Assembly: GCA_045612385.1 (NCBI GenBank)
Contig: JAZKYZ010000023.1
Location: 9,766 to 73,765, forward strand
Direction of reading: 5' to 3'
Source: Eubacteriales bacterium
GTDB lineage: Bacteria; Bacillota; Clostridia; Oscillospirales; CAG-272
Length of the DNA stretch: 64,000 nucleotides
This document shows positions 63,380-64,000 of the stretch, piece after piece (position 1 is the stretch's first letter; every line of letters begins with the position of its first letter). Made by a program: the position numbers and the translations under genes. The notes beneath the pieces are model-generated. The model was given only the letters and a program-made list of their open reading frames with translations, was not told the origin of the DNA and ran no database searches.

Positions 63380-64000
63380 TCACGAAGGGAGAACAGGCAC
63401 CGTAACAGTGGTCTTTTCTTCCGTGATAGCATGCGTGAAAAGCATCTCAGGGCGCTTTCCGTTTTCTACCCAATCACGCATTACATCCATTACGCTTCCA
63501 TCCTCTTCGTGATAGGTGACGACAGAGGTATCGCTACTTGCAGCGCTGTGGTCGCGTGTGGGTAAAACAAAGAACATAAAATTCTGAAGATACTCGTCAT
63601 CTACACATTCACGTACGGCCTTGACGTAATCGACGGTTCCGCCGTACGGAACAATGCAATCGTTTGTTCCCGCAAACATCAATAGCTTTCCTCCACGAGA
63701 GAAGAAGGGGGTTAGGTCGGGGGATGCCGCATCAAGATTTTCGGAAAGAAGAGCCATAGAGGCTTCATAGTCCCGTCCGAAATCGAAGGTGTAAGGGTTG
63801 AAATCGTGACCGAGCGCCCAAAGGGAAACGAATTTATGAGCAAGCATCCTTTCGGAAGTGGAAGCATTGTAAAGACCAAATGGCTGAAATTCGCTACCAA
63901 TGGGATACCCACGATAGAAGCGCTTTCCTGTATTGGGATTGACAGGGCCCTGATACACATCATAGAGAGCCTGCTTTTGTTCTTCGGTCAGAGGAAGCGC
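63380..64000 (-). CDS. Tannase/feruloyl-esterase family hydrolase, C-terminal part (5' end outside the window)
   Basis: The frame is open to the window edge. FFSRGGKLLMFAGTNDCIVPYGGTVDYVKAV and RDWVENGKRPEML resemble the C-terminal region of the tannase/feruloyl esterase family. Confidence 0.6.
   Translation of the reverse strand, partial: ALPLTEEQKQALYDVYQGPVNPNTGKRFYRGYPIGSEFQPFGLYNASTSERMLAHKFVSLWALGHDFNPYTFDFGRDYEASMALLSENLDAASPDLTPFFSRGGKLLMFAGTNDCIVPYGGTVDYVKAVRECVDDEYLQNFMFFVLPTRDHSAASSDTSVVTYHEEDGSVMDVMRDWVENGKRPEMLFTHAITEEKTTVTVPVLPS

Noticed and set aside
1-64000. A search for CRISPR arrays, IS elements, integrases, phage genes, toxin-antitoxin pairs, reverse transcriptases and rRNA.
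   Set aside because: I saw no regularly spaced direct repeats, no transposase, integrase or RT-like ORFs, and no terminal inverted repeats. All large ORFs are accounted for by the features listed. Apart from the Mrr-like gene, the window looks like core chromosome.

Overview
This 64 kb window looks like core chromosome from a mid-GC Firmicute (Clostridia-like promoters, lipoboxes and gene order). All calls come from reading the sequence and ORF translations, with no database search. I call about 60 CDS, 2 tRNAs and 1 riboswitch. I found no rRNA, CRISPR array, transposase, integrase or prophage genes.

Layout:
- 0.6-6.1 kb (minus strand): sugar-uptake ABC operon with an iron-sulfur flavoprotein, an esterase, two permeases, a binding protein and a lipoprotein.
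- 6.3-8.5 kb: DUF1538 membrane protein plus a tandem P-II-like protein.
- 8.6-12.6 kb: pgsA, an Mrr-like type IV restriction nuclease, an interrupted ORF, abutting tRNA-Thr and tRNA-Tyr genes, and a Cys-rich repeat lipoprotein.
- 12.8-18.9 kb: degenerate GH2 (beta-mannosidase-like) protein, long-tailed MscL, archaeal-type AspRS, an RpiB-like isomerase and a PAP2 phosphatase.
- 19-28.9 kb: the housekeeping block nrdR-yicC-remA-rpoZ-priA-def-fmt-(Zn peptidase)-rsmB-rlmN-rsgA.
- 32.2-55.3 kb: a 23 kb co-directional nucleotide-biosynthesis block. A ZTP riboswitch precedes purE-C-F-M-N-(purO-like)-purH-purD-purL-fhs, followed by pyrC-carB-pyrK-D-F-E-pyrB and a truncated guaA.
- 55.6-64 kb: BspA-like LRR protein, a PadR/DUF1700/DUF4097 triad, a HAD hydrolase, DUF1294, an ECF-type sigma factor with a beta-propeller partner, and a partial tannase-family esterase.

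I did not find a clear-cut new multi-gene defence or mobile system. The most unusual signal is in the nucleotide block. Three of the four glutamine-amidotransferase steps lack a working glutaminase module: PurF has Gly where the Cys1 nucleophile should be, carB has no carA, and GuaA is the ATP-pyrophosphatase half only. PyrB is also fused to just the zinc domain of PyrI. Other candidates are the DUF1538/tandem-P-II pair, the C3H-repeat lipoprotein, the apparently dead GH2 homologue and the sigma/beta-propeller module.
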